Assembly: GCA_937899435.1 (NCBI GenBank)
Contig: CALBQG010000027.1
Span: 4,139 to 68,138, forward strand
Direction: 5' to 3'
Length of the DNA: 64,000 nt
Source: an uncultured Clostridia bacterium
GTDB lineage: Bacteria; Bacillota; Clostridia; Oscillospirales; Ruminococcaceae
In this document: positions 39,926-49,219 of the stretch, in pieces
Position numbering within the stretch: position 1 is the first letter of the stretch
Layout: each line of letters begins with the position of its first letter
The notes under the pieces: model-generated
Databases searched by the model: none
Told to the model about the DNA's origin: nothing
Seen by the model: only the letters and a program-made list of their open reading frames with translations
Made by a program: the position numbers and the translations under genes

Positions 39926-39955
39926 TATTATGACCCGCCGAAAGCGGCAGTATAC
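39926..39955 (-). promoter_or_regulatory. Candidate forespore sigma-G-type promoter
   Basis: On the minus strand: GTATA, an 18-nt spacer, then CATAATA. This matches the B. subtilis sigma-G consensus GHATR-18-CATXHTA. Confidence 0.4.
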
Positions 39956-40048
39956 AGCGGAAAACAGGAAAATTTGACAAAAGAAAGCGTTTGTGTTAAA
40001 ATAATACAGCAATTATGCCAATCATACGAAAAACCAAAGGGGATCATA

Positions 40049-41728
40049 ATGAAAAAGATAATACAAAACATAGGGATTGCTGTGTTGTGCCTGTCCCTTC
40101 TGGCATCATGTCAGACTTCTTTGCAGGAGACAAGCAGTGTACAGGAATCTTCGGAAGAGATTACGGTCAGCGAATCCGTCAGCAGTGATCCGATCACGGA
40201 TATAAGCTCCCAGGAGACGCAATCAACATACAGTGAGGCAGATATGATTCATTACGAGAGAAAAGAAGTTCCGAGCGGATACCGTCACCGCACAGTGAAA
40301 ATTCTGACCTTCGGCGATTCCTTCACCGTAGGCGCGGGAACGATGGGCGGCTATCGGTATTATCTTTTCGAGAAGCTGTATAAAGCGGGTGCGGATTTTG
40401 AATTTGTCGGACCGTACCGTCAGCGTTTCTACAACCTTCCCGACGAGTATTCTTCCCATCTGAGCACGGGCGGCAAAAAGACTGATGAAGCGGTCGCCAT
40501 GTATAAGTCCTATGTGGAAAACAATGGCAACGATTACGACATTATTCTGTCTATGTTCGGCTGCAACGATTGCTATGTGGGACGGAGCAACGAAGAAATT
40601 TTAGGATATTATCGTACACTGCTGGACACGATTTTTGCCGATAAGGAAAATGCGATTGTGTATGTGGCGTCTTTGCCGGAAGTGGAAACTCAGTTTGCGT
40701 CCTTTAATGCGGCGCTCCCGGACTTCTGCACGCAGTATGCGCAGGAAACGGACAAAGAAGTGTATTTTGTGGAGATGAACGGAATTCATAAGCTGATCCG
40801 TGAGAAAGACTGCATCAGCGCAAGCGATGCCCATCCGGGCAACAGCGGCAATGAGAAAATGGCGGCAAGCTGGTATGATGCCATTGTCAACCGCGTGCTG
40901 GAACTCAACGATGATTTTGTTAAGGGAACGAAGGAAACCGTGGCGGTGGAGAGCGTTTCGATCGAGCCGTCGGAAGTGACCATGGCGGTCAATGAGCAGA
41001 AATCGTTGAATTTCACCGTGCTTCCCGAAAATGCGACAATTAAGACCGTAAACTGGAAAAGCAGCAATCCCGAGATTGCCGCCGTGGATGATTACGGTAT
41101 TGTGATGCCGAAAGCCGTGGGCGAAACCACCATCATACTGACTTCTCTGGAAGGCGGAAAGACTGCCGAGTGCAAGGTGACCGTGACCGAAAAGAAGGAA
41201 CTTCCGACGGAGGCTTTTAAAAAGCTTGTTTTTGATTCGGATTTCGGCACGACTGCTAACTGGACGGGCGACACCGATATGATCAAGACCGCGTCGCTTC
41301 AGGCGATGACTGCGTGGATCGGCGATCAGAAAACGATCACAAGCGCGAAGGATATCAATATGGGCGACCGCTTCTGCGTGACGATGCGTTATTGCGTCAG
41401 CGGCGGTGAAGAAGCTACCAATGACGATGCGTATGCCGCGCTGGTGTTCGGCGATTTCCGACTGGTGATCTCCCGCTGCGGCGGAAAAATCGAACTGTTC
41501 AAGGGCGAGACCTCTTTGGGAAGTTATAAATTCCATTCTCTCCCGAACCGTTTTTATGACTATTCGGTGGTTTACGACGCCGGAAAAATCACGGTGCTCC
41601 GCAACGAAGAAACGCTGTTCACCGCAGAGACGGAGAGCCAGACAGTCAAGTCCGCGGTGTCCTATGTCTGGAATGTGGTGTGGAATAAATCGATGTGCAA
41701 TTTCATAAAAGTGTATACAGCGGCATAA
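40049..41728 (+). CDS. Secreted lipoprotein with SGNH/GDSL hydrolase, Big_2 and C-terminal beta-rich domains
   Basis: Lipobox LLASC, GDSF block (ILTFGDSFTVGAG), DAHP block, and an Ig-like Big_2 segment (VLPENATIKTVNWKSSNPEIAAVDDYGIV.PKAVGETTI). Confidence 0.8.
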   Translation: MKKIIQNIGIAVLCLSLLASCQTSLQETSSVQESSEEITVSESVSSDPITDISSQETQSTYSEADMIHYERKEVPSGYRHRTVKILTFGDSFTVGAGTMGGYRYYLFEKLYKAGADFEFVGPYRQRFYNLPDEYSSHLSTGGKKTDEAVAMYKSYVENNGNDYDIILSMFGCNDCYVGRSNEEILGYYRTLLDTIFADKENAIVYVASLPEVETQFASFNAALPDFCTQYAQETDKEVYFVEMNGIHKLIREKDCISASDAHPGNSGNEKMAASWYDAIVNRVLELNDDFVKGTKETVAVESVSIEPSEVTMAVNEQKSLNFTVLPENATIKTVNWKSSNPEIAAVDDYGIVMPKAVGETTIILTSLEGGKTAECKVTVTEKKELPTEAFKKLVFDSDFGTTANWTGDTDMIKTASLQAMTAWIGDQKTITSAKDINMGDRFCVTMRYCVSGGEEATNDDAYAALVFGDFRLVISRCGGKIELFKGETSLGSYKFHSLPNRFYDYSVVYDAGKITVLRNEETLFTAETESQTVKSAVSYVWNVVWNKSMCNFIKVYTAA

Positions 41729-41836
41729 TCTATCAAATTTTTCAAAAAAAAGATTGATATTCGCGCTGTGATATGATAGACTATGTTATGGCTTTGAAGT
41801 CACTTATCTGTTGTATGCTTTTAGGAGGAACAAGGT

Positions 41837-42064
41837 ATGGTTTTTGAAAAGGTAAAAGAGATCCTTTGTGATCAGTTGGATGTGGATGCGAAAGATGTGA
41901 CGATGGAAGCTTCCATCACAGAAGACCTCGGAGCGGATTCTTTGGATATTGTCGATCTGGTGATGTCGCTGGAAGACGAATTTGATATCGAAGTTCCGGA
42001 TGAGGAAGTGGAGTCGATCAAAACGGTCGGCGATATTGTCCGTTACATCGAACAGTCTGTCTGA
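41837..42064 (+). CDS. acpP: Acyl carrier protein
   Basis: The 75-aa protein has the phosphopantetheine site LGADSLD. Confidence 0.93.
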   Translation: MVFEKVKEILCDQLDVDAKDVTMEASITEDLGADSLDIVDLVMSLEDEFDIEVPDEEVESIKTVGDIVRYIEQSV

Positions 42065-42080
42065 TTATACGGAAAACAAA

Positions 42081-42113
42081 CGGCGCCCGCCTGATTTTAT
42101 CAGGCGGGCGCCG
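42081..42113. terminator. Hairpin terminator between acpP and a convergent small ORF
   Basis: A 14-bp perfect GC-rich stem, cggcgcccgcctga / tcaggcgggcgccg. The U-run is better on the minus-strand side (tttgttttcc). Confidence 0.7.
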
Positions 42114-42117
42114 CGTT

Positions 42118-42282
42118 CTATTCCTCGGTGTCTTTTACCATGTGGTGGCAGATTTGTTCCAGGTGTTGCGGAGAGTCCACGGAGATTCCGGACTGCTTGA
42201 TGTTTTCTTGAACAAACTTCGGGAGCTTTTGAAATTGAAGGTTGTTGTTCAAACGGTAGAAGCGATCTTCCGATGAGTTCAT
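42118..42282 (-). CDS. Small hypothetical protein (54 aa); not in the ORF track
   Basis: My translation is MNSSEDRFYRLNNNLQFQKLPKFVQENIKQSGISVDSPQHLEQICHHMVKDTEE. It ends 4 nt before the terminator hairpin. The RBS is weak (AAGGCGG). Confidence 0.35.
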   Translation of the reverse strand: MNSSEDRFYRLNNNLQFQKLPKFVQENIKQSGISVDSPQHLEQICHHMVKDTEE

Positions 42283-42348
42283 AAAATGCACCGCCTTTGT
42301 CCATATACAGCAAACGCTGTATCTTCAGTGTGTGCAGAAAGACGGATT

Positions 42349-43224
42349 TTAAAACTGTAAATTTTTTTCAACCGCATTTTTGCAGGCTTCGTCCGGTTCG
42401 GTGAGCGGCAGACGGCAGGGACCGACATCAAATCCCAGCAGATTCATGGCGTATTTCACCGGCATCGGGTTGACATCGGAAAACAACGCGCGGATGAGCG
42501 GAAGCGCGTGCAGCTGCAATTGTGCGGCGGCGTGCGTGTTTTGGGCAAAGTATAAAGAACAGATGTTCTTGACAATGTCGGGTCGGAAATTGGACAGCAC
42601 CGAAATGACCCCTTTGCCGCCCAAAGAAAGAATCGGGACGATCTGGTCGTCGTTACCCGAATAGAGATCCAATACATCTCCGCAAAGCTGCGCCGTTTGC
42701 GCAACGGCGGAAATGTTGCCGCTTGCTTCTTTGATGGCACAGATGTTGTCACATTCCGCCAGCTTGCGGTAAGTTTCCGGGAGAATGTTGACTCCGGTTC
42801 TTGACGGCACATTGTAAACAATGATCGGCAGATCCACCGATTCGGCAATGGTGTAGTAGTGCCGCAGCAAGCCGCTTTGCGAGGTTTTGTTGTAATACGG
42901 TGTAACAACCAGCAAAGCGTTGGCACCGTTTTTTTGGCAGGAAAAAGACTGTTCGACGGCGTGTGCGGTGTCGTTGCTTCCGGAACCGGCAATCACCGGC
43001 ACGCGTCCGTTGACATAGGCACAGCAGAAGCTGACAAGCTCCTGATGTTCGGTATAAGAAAGAGTAGATGCCTCTCCCGTGGTTCCGCAAACGACGAGTG
43101 CATCTACTCCTGCATTGATTTGAAAGTCTATCAGTTTTTTAAAATTGTCATAGTGAATGGAACCGTCCTGAGAAAAGGGCGTAACGAGAGCTGTCGCCAC
43201 GCCTTGAAAGACGTGCTTTTTCAA
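42349..43224 (-). CDS. dapA: 4-hydroxy-tetrahydrodipicolinate synthase
   Basis: GVATALVTPF, GTTGE and IKEASG (Schiff-base Lys) motifs. I chose the TTG start at 43224 because AAAGGTG lies upstream. The tracked ORF extends to 43263. Confidence 0.92.
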   Translation of the reverse strand: MKKHVFQGVATALVTPFSQDGSIHYDNFKKLIDFQINAGVDALVVCGTTGEASTLSYTEHQELVSFCCAYVNGRVPVIAGSGSNDTAHAVEQSFSCQKNGANALLVVTPYYNKTSQSGLLRHYYTIAESVDLPIIVYNVPSRTGVNILPETYRKLAECDNICAIKEASGNISAVAQTAQLCGDVLDLYSGNDDQIVPILSLGGKGVISVLSNFRPDIVKNICSLYFAQNTHAAAQLQLHALPLIRALFSDVNPMPVKYAMNLLGFDVGPCRLPLTEPDEACKNAVEKNLQF

Positions 43225-43240
43225 TTGACCGCACCTTTCG

Positions 43241-44320
43241 TCAGTCCATGTACCCCAACGCACACAGCAGTTCCGCCATCAGAACACCGCCGCCGGCAGC
43301 ACCGCGCAGTGTGTTGTGGGAAACACAGACAAATTTGTAGTCGTACTGAGTATCTTCGCGCAGACGCCCCATCGATACCGCCATGCCGTGCTCCAGATTG
43401 CGATCCAATTTGGTCTGCGGGCGGTTTTCCTCCTCAAAATAGTGGAGGAATTGCTTGGGTGCCGAGGGCAGATTGAGCTTTTGCGGCATTCCCGAAAAAG
43501 CTGCCCAACGGGCTTTGATTTCTTCCACGGACGGCTTGTGTTCAAACGAAACAAACACGGCAGCCATGTGACCGTCACTGACCGGCACGCGGAAGCACTG
43601 GGAGGTAATGGACGGGGTGAGCGCATCTACGATTTTTCCGTCCTGAATCGTACCGAAAATTTTGAGCGGTTCGATGTTGCTTTTTTCTTCTTCGCCGCCG
43701 ATGAAGGGAATCACATTGTCGATGATTTCCGGGAAGGTTTCAAAGGTCTTTCCGGCACCGGAGATTGCCTGATAGGTGCAGGCGAGCACCTTGGTCACAC
43801 CGAAGTCCATCAGCGGAAAAACAGCGGGAACATAGCTTTGCAGAGAGCAGTTGGATTTCACGGCAATAAATCCGCGCTTGGTGCCGAGACGGCGGCGCTG
43901 TGCGGGGATGACTTCGGCGTGTTCGGGGTTGATTTCCGGAATGATCATCGGCACATCGGGCGTGTGGCGGTGAGCAGAGTTGTTGGAGATCACCGGGCAT
44001 TCCGCCTTGGCGTACGCTTCCTCCAGCGCCTTGATTTCGTCCTTTTTCATGTCCACGGCGCAGAAAACAAAGTCTACCTGAGCCACGATTTTGTCCATGT
44101 CGGCGACGGCATCGTACACGATTGTGCTTTTCAGTTCTTCGGGAATCGGCGTCGGCATTGCCCATTTCTTTTCCACACATTCGCCGTAAGTTTTTCCGGC
44201 GGAGCGGGCGGAAGCCGCCAGTGCCGTGATATGAAACCACGGGTGATTGTGCAGCAGGGTGACGAAACGCTGTCCGACCATACCGGTGGCGCCGATGATA
44301 CCGACATTGTAAGTTTTCAT
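43241..44320 (-). CDS. asd: Aspartate-semialdehyde dehydrogenase
   Basis: IIGATGMVGQR Rossmann motif, NCS active-site Cys context, and HNTLRGAAG. Confidence 0.92.
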   Translation of the reverse strand: MKTYNVGIIGATGMVGQRFVTLLHNHPWFHITALAASARSAGKTYGECVEKKWAMPTPIPEELKSTIVYDAVADMDKIVAQVDFVFCAVDMKKDEIKALEEAYAKAECPVISNNSAHRHTPDVPMIIPEINPEHAEVIPAQRRRLGTKRGFIAVKSNCSLQSYVPAVFPLMDFGVTKVLACTYQAISGAGKTFETFPEIIDNVIPFIGGEEEKSNIEPLKIFGTIQDGKIVDALTPSITSQCFRVPVSDGHMAAVFVSFEHKPSVEEIKARWAAFSGMPQKLNLPSAPKQFLHYFEEENRPQTKLDRNLEHGMAVSMGRLREDTQYDYKFVCVSHNTLRGAAGGGVLMAELLCALGYMD

Positions 44321-44520
44321 TTTTTGATTCCTCCGTGACATTCTATGCGCATCCGGCGGGTGCCGTTACGCAAAAATTTGTAAAAACACCGCAAATTCTC
44401 CGCAAAAGACTTGACGATTGACGGAAAATGTTATAACATGAGAAGGTGTAAAAATATATTCTATCATACCATTTTTAAGCAATTGTTGTCAATCGCTTTT
44501 TATACAGAGGAAGAAAAAAA

Positions 44521-45546
44521 ATGAAAAAATCTTTGTTTTACTACGATCTGCCGCAGGAATTGATTGCGCAGACGCCGATGGAACCGCGGGATCATTCGCG
44601 GCTGATGGTGCTTGACCGCGAAACGGGGGAAATACAGCATCGTCATTTTTACGATGTGATTGACTATCTCAACGAAGGCGATGTCCTGGTGGTCAACGAT
44701 TCGCGCGTCCTTCCGGCTCGCCTGTACGGAAAAAAAGAAGTTACCGGAGCGCAGATCGAATTTCTGCTTCTCGAACGGAAGGCAGCGGATGTGTGGGAAA
44801 TTCTGGTCAAGCCCGGAAAAAAAGCGCTTCCCGGCGCGCGGTTCGAGTTCGGGGACGGACTGCTTAAAGCGGAGATTCTGGAGGTCAAAGAGGACGGCAA
44901 CCGATTGGTGCGTTTTTTCTATGACGGCGATTTCTATCAGATTCTGGAGAAAATCGGGAAAATGCCGCTCCCGCATTATATTACGGCGGAGCTGAAGGAT
45001 AATGAACGCTACCAGACGGTCTATTCGCACGAAGTCGGTTCGGCGGCGGCGCCGACGGCGGGACTGCATTTCACACAGGAGCTTTTGCATAAAATTGAGG
45101 AAAAAGGCGTGAAAATCGCCAAAGTGACGCTGCACGTGGGACTGGGGACGTTTCGTCCGGTGAAGGCGGAAAATATTGAAGAACATCATATGCACTCGGA
45201 ACATTACGAAATGTCCGAAGAAACGGCAAGAATCATCAATGAGGCAAAAGCAAACGGAAAACGCGTGATTGCCGTGGGAACCACCAGCTGCCGCACGCTG
45301 GAATCGGTAGCACAAAAGGAAGGCTGCATCCGTGCGTCGGAGGGATATACCGATATTTTCATCTATCCGGGCTATACCTTCCGCGCCATGGACGGAATCA
45401 TCACGAATTTTCACCTTCCGGAAAGCACACTTATCATGCTTATCTCGGCGTTTGCCGGCAGAGACAAGGTGATGAATGCCTATAAAACCGCCGTGGAACA
45501 GCGGTATCGTTTTTACAGCTTCGGCGACGCGATGTTCATTCAATAG
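44521..45546 (+). CDS. queA: S-adenosylmethionine:tRNA ribosyltransferase-isomerase
   Basis: [30 protein letters not shown] and a C-terminal [12 protein letters not shown]. It appears full length. Confidence 0.95.
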   Translation: MKKSLFYYDLPQELIAQTPMEPRDHSRLMVLDRETGEIQHRHFYDVIDYLNEGDVLVVNDSRVLPARLYGKKEVTGAQIEFLLLERKAADVWEILVKPGKKALPGARFEFGDGLLKAEILEVKEDGNRLVRFFYDGDFYQILEKIGKMPLPHYITAELKDNERYQTVYSHEVGSAAAPTAGLHFTQELLHKIEEKGVKIAKVTLHVGLGTFRPVKAENIEEHHMHSEHYEMSEETARIINEAKANGKRVIAVGTTSCRTLESVAQKEGCIRASEGYTDIFIYPGYTFRAMDGIITNFHLPESTLIMLISAFAGRDKVMNAYKTAVEQRYRFYSFGDAMFIQ

Positions 45547-45576
45547 CATCATAGCTCAGGTGAGCAAAAACATAGG

Positions 45577-45611
45577 AAAAGCCCAGAAATCAAGCGGTTT
45601 CTGGGCTTTTT
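45577..45611. terminator. Hairpin terminator between queA and the prophage recombinase gene
   Basis: Stem gcccagaaa / tttctgggc, flanked by an A-run and a T-run. Confidence 0.65.
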
Positions 45612-45616
45612 GCTGT

Positions 45617-47350
45617 TTAGTCGTCTTTGTACACGAACTCGTGGATTATGCCGTTTTTGAAGGTTATAGACCGGATTTTGCCGTTTTCGATACAAAAGTT
45701 GGAGCTTACCGAATTTATAAAATCCTTCAGTATTCGAGGGTCTGTCTCCTCCAAAAGCCGCCTGTAATTGACGAACCTTTTGTCCGTGAGCTTCTGACTC
45801 ATGATGAAGTAGCTTGCCTTCGCCATCAGCTCGTCGTCACTTATCGAGAACTGCGAAGTCAGCCCCTCGGAGAGTTCATCGAGACGAGCGTTGACCTTTT
45901 CGAGCTGCTCGTCGAGCTGCTTCTTCTCGATGATGTAGTCCTTCTCTGCCATGTCCTCCTCCGAGTACAGGTAGAGCGATTTGAGGCGGGATAACGCCCT
46001 TTCTATCCTACGCCGCTCCGATAATAGGATGTCACGTTCCGAGCTGTTATCCGCGTCCTCCTCGCCTGTGGGCTTGGGCGTATACTTTATGCCGGACACC
46101 TGAGACTTGTAGAGGGAGTACAGCTCCATCAGCCCATGCTCCTTGATACACGCGACGTTCTCGAACATCTCACCACGCAGCAGTTTCTTCTGGAGCGTTT
46201 CAGGCGAGGTCGTCTTTCCGAAGCTCTCCTTTGCCTTTATGAGGTTGGCGATGTAGTTGAGGACAAACGGACCGAGTGTGGTGTCGGTGATATACTTGTT
46301 CGGGCAGCCGCTGTTTTTGCGGTGGCTCATACAAGCATAGATTGACGGTCGATAGCCGCCCTTCAGCTCTCTACAGTTGCTGGTCGCGCTCATATTGGCT
46401 CCGCAGCATCCGCAGGTCAGCAATCCGGCGAACACATGAATGTTCTTCCGGCTGTAGGTCTTGCCTGATGCGTTCCAGCCTCGCTGATTGCGTTCGAGAG
46501 TCAAAACGACGTTCCTCCACCTTTCCTTCGGCACGATAGCCGGATGATGTTCCTCCACGATGACCCATTCGCTCTCTGGTTTGATGTCCTGACGACTGCC
46601 GCGCTTTGACATATCGAAGTAGTTGTAGCGGTACGCGCCCGTGTAGAACATATTCTTCAGGATGATGCTGACCGCTGTCGGCGACCACTCTTTGCCGCTG
46701 CGAGGATGTATTCCAGCGGCGTTCAGTGTCTTTGCGACGTAAAGAAGCGAGTGGCGTTCTTCGTACATATCGTACATTCTCAGAACGACCTTCGCTTCCT
46801 CCTCAACGATGGAGAAAGTCTCGGTATCTTTGTCCCAACTGTAGCCATACGGCACTCTGCCGCCGTTCCATTGACCGTTTCCGGCTCTGGCGACCATGAC
46901 CGCCGTTACTCGCTCCGCTGTCATCTTCCGTTCCAGTTCCGCAAACACGAGAATGATTTTGAGCATCGCCTCGCCCATCGCAGAGGACGTGTCGAATTGC
47001 TCGTTCTTGGAGACGAATGTGACTCCCAGCTTCTTCAGCTCGTCGTACATGGCGGCGAAGTCGAGAAGATTTCTGCTGATACGGTCCAGCTTCCACACAA
47101 GAATATGCGTGAACTCACCAGACCTGACCCGCGACATCATTTTCTGATAGTCGGGGCGGTCGGGGTTCTTCGCGGTATAGCCCGCGTCCTCGAACACCTC
47201 GTAGGAGCTTGCGTTCAGCACATACTTCGCGTATGCCGTCAGCTCCTCTTTCTGGACAGGCAAACTGTCCTTGTCGATTTGGTAGTGTGTAGATACTCGC
47301 ACATAGATAGCAACCCTTATGGAGTTCAACTTATCGGTGAGTTTACTCAT
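45617..47350 (-). CDS. Large serine recombinase (phage integrase)
   Basis: N-terminal resolvase domain (VAIYVRVSTHYQ, DRISRN), a recombinase domain, a Cys-rich zinc ribbon (CGCCGANMS ... CMSHRKNSGCPNKY) and a coiled-coil tail. Confidence 0.93.
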   Translation of the reverse strand: MSKLTDKLNSIRVAIYVRVSTHYQIDKDSLPVQKEELTAYAKYVLNASSYEVFEDAGYTAKNPDRPDYQKMMSRVRSGEFTHILVWKLDRISRNLLDFAAMYDELKKLGVTFVSKNEQFDTSSAMGEAMLKIILVFAELERKMTAERVTAVMVARAGNGQWNGGRVPYGYSWDKDTETFSIVEEEAKVVLRMYDMYEERHSLLYVAKTLNAAGIHPRSGKEWSPTAVSIILKNMFYTGAYRYNYFDMSKRGSRQDIKPESEWVIVEEHHPAIVPKERWRNVVLTLERNQRGWNASGKTYSRKNIHVFAGLLTCGCCGANMSATSNCRELKGGYRPSIYACMSHRKNSGCPNKYITDTTLGPFVLNYIANLIKAKESFGKTTSPETLQKKLLRGEMFENVACIKEHGLMELYSLYKSQVSGIKYTPKPTGEEDADNSSERDILLSERRRIERALSRLKSLYLYSEEDMAEKDYIIEKKQLDEQLEKVNARLDELSEGLTSQFSISDDELMAKASYFIMSQKLTDKRFVNYRRLLEETDPRILKDFINSVSSNFCIENGKIRSITFKNGIIHEFVYKDD

Positions 47351-47479
47351 CTTCGTTGTCCTCCTTGATAAGAGTCAAGCCTCTCTCCTTCGCGGGTGAA
47401 GCGTCGGAGGAGGCTCTTGTTGTATTCGATTGTCGTTTCCAGTAGTCGGAGTTAATGAACAGGAGGTTGCCCTTCTGCT

Positions 47480-47857
47480 TTATCCGGCGTTGGAGTTCTC
47501 TTCTTCTTGCTTCCCTTGCGATACGAATGTTTTTTCCTCTGGCGTGAGGTAGGTGTCAAGAACGCTCCAGATGATGTTCTTGTGGTCGTCGTCAGCCCTG
47601 CGGAAAGCATTAGCAAGGATAACGATGTCTTTGTCCGGCTCGACATAAGGTGTCGGGCTGAGTGAAAGGTCCATGATGTAGTCGATGGACACATTCAGAG
47701 CCTTAGCTATACGAGCCACGATTTCGAGATTCGGCTTGTGGACTCCGGCGACGTAGCGCGAAATAGTCGCTTCCGTCGTTCCGGCTTTCTCCGCGAGCCA
47801 TGCCTGCGAGATGCCTTTTGACTCAATAATGTCTCTGAGTCTGGTTGAAAAATCTGC
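47480..47857 (-). CDS. XRE family repressor (CI-like)
   Basis: HTH motif (FSTRLRDIIESKGISQAWLAEKAGTTEATISRYVAG). The ATG at 47857 follows AGGAGG. It is divergent from a cro-like gene. Confidence 0.85.
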   Translation of the reverse strand, partial: ADFSTRLRDIIESKGISQAWLAEKAGTTEATISRYVAGVHKPNLEIVARIAKALNVSIDYIMDLSLSPTPYVEPDKDIVILANAFRRADDDHKNIIWSVLDTYLTPEEKTFVSQGKQEEENSNAG

Positions 47858-47882
47858 CATAGTGATTACCTCCTGTGCAAGT

Positions 47883-47911
47883 ATTATACCACACACTTAC
47901 GATTTTTACAA
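47883..47911 (-). promoter_or_regulatory. Leftward promoter of the repressor gene
   Basis: On the minus strand: TTGTAA, a 17-nt spacer, then TATAAT with a TGn extension. Confidence 0.6.
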
Positions 47912-47940
47912 GATTTCTTACGGAAATTATAAGAAACCTC

Positions 47941-47969
47941 TTGACCTTATGATAAAAGTATGCTATAAT
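47941..47969 (+). promoter_or_regulatory. Rightward early promoter
   Basis: TTGACC, a 17-nt spacer, then TATAAT, about 30 nt upstream of the ATG at 48001. Confidence 0.65.
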
Positions 47970-48000
47970 ATAAGGGACAAGAACGAAAGGAGGGTCTGCG

Positions 48001-48549
48001 ATGAACCCAATCGAACTGAAAGTCGCCCGCATGAGACGGAACATCACTGGCAAGGAAGCGGCGAAAGCCCTCGGTCTTACCATTGACGGTTACTTCAAGA
48101 AAGAACACGGAACGGCGAAGATTACTCTCAGCGAGGCGTACATCCTGACTAAACTGTATCAGCTCACATTGACGGAGTTCGTCAATATATTTTTTAACGG
48201 CGACTTACCGTTTTTACAAGATAGAACTGATAATTGTAATTTCAGTGATGCAGCGTACCCGCTGAAGGAAGCCCGTCTGCGAGCTGGCTACACGGAGGAG
48301 GCGGCAGCCCGTGAACTTAACATTCCGACCTCTGCCTACAAACAGCGGGAGAAAGGCAGAGTGAAAATCTCCCTCGAACAGTGCTTCACTCTTTCGAGGT
48401 TCTACCGCCTGTCGTTGCAAGAGTTCAACGATATATTTTTTAGGTCAGGCTTACCGTTTCGTAACTCCGACCTTGTACCTTACAAGTATATTATACCACA
48501 GAAAGGGGTCGGGATAAATGCCGAAGCAAGTAACAATAGCAGCCTCTAA
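48001..48549 (+). CDS. Tandem double XRE-type HTH protein (Cro/antirepressor position)
   Basis: Two homologous HTH modules in one polypeptide, each ending in (T/Q)EF..IFF..(D/G)LPF. Confidence 0.7.
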   Translation: MNPIELKVARMRRNITGKEAAKALGLTIDGYFKKEHGTAKITLSEAYILTKLYQLTLTEFVNIFFNGDLPFLQDRTDNCNFSDAAYPLKEARLRAGYTEEAAARELNIPTSAYKQREKGRVKISLEQCFTLSRFYRLSLQEFNDIFFRSGLPFRNSDLVPYKYIIPQKGVGINAEASNNSSL

Positions 48550-49012
48550 CAGGTACTGTCAGGCACGTTTGAACGCGGCAAAGTACAACGATGACTTCGC
48601 GACGAGAGTGAAGGCAGTCGAACACTTACCGGGCGTTACGGAGGACAGCCTGAAGAAGTACGAGCTGGACATCAACCGTCCTCCGAATACCGTGGTCGCT
48701 ATGATGGCTGACGCTTACAACGAGCCGGAACTGCGCCAGTGGTACTGCGCGAACGAGTGTCCACTCGGAAAGGATTGCAGGGACATTGAGGCGATGCCCG
48801 CAGAAAGGACGCTCATCCGCTTGCAGAACGTCAAGACCGTTATTGATTCGGTGGCGACCTCGCTCGCGTTGATAATGGACGATGGTGTACTTGATGACGA
48901 TGAGGTCAAAATGCTTCCGGAACTCAGGAAGAACCTGCTGGAAGCCAAGAGGAGAACGGAAGAAACCCTCGCGCTCCTCGAAAAAGCCGGAAAACGAGGG
49001 GATTTTAATTAA
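48518..49012 (+). CDS. Phage protein with HTH-like N-terminal half and a CANECPLGKDC motif
   Basis: The 164-aa ORF is in the early operon. Function not assignable from sequence alone. Confidence 0.5.
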   Translation: MPKQVTIAASNRYCQARLNAAKYNDDFATRVKAVEHLPGVTEDSLKKYELDINRPPNTVVAMMADAYNEPELRQWYCANECPLGKDCRDIEAMPAERTLIRLQNVKTVIDSVATSLALIMDDGVLDDDEVKMLPELRKNLLEAKRRTEETLALLEKAGKRGDFN

Positions 49013-49021
49013 GGGTGGTGA

Positions 49022-49219
49022 ATGACGATGAACAGCTTCAGAAAAGACGCATTGCTCAGAACGCTCAGAGAAGATTACGGAATTACCACTATGGAGCAGC
49101 TTTATGACGCGATGCGGAAAATGAAGAAGCTGGACATCACACAGTTCGTTGCCGCCCCACAAACGAAGGGAGAAAAGATATGTACCAGACAACACCCGCA
49201 GCCGACTACAGGGTTATGA
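49022..49219 (+). CDS. Hypothetical small phage protein
   Basis: The 65-aa ORF follows GGGTGGTGA. Its 3' end overlaps the next gene by 40 nt. Confidence 0.35.
   Translation: MTMNSFRKDALLRTLREDYGITTMEQLYDAMRKMKKLDITQFVAAPQTKGEKICTRQHPQPTTGL

Noticed and set aside
39371-40012. A 213-aa minus-strand ORF and an 86-aa Cys-rich plus-strand ORF (39717-39977) over the CAG/AAC low-complexity tract.
   Set aside because: The long minus ORF runs through the strong bidirectional terminator into hslO and has no RBS at its internal ATG. The plus ORF starts inside the terminator hairpin without an RBS. Only the 47-aa Asn/Gln frame has an RBS, a promoter-like motif and a stop before the terminator.
47452-47694. 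An 80-aa minus-strand ORF overlapping the 3' half of the repressor gene in another frame.
   Set aside because: It is fully nested within the well-supported XRE repressor ORF, has no RBS, and its composition is typical of an off-frame translation.
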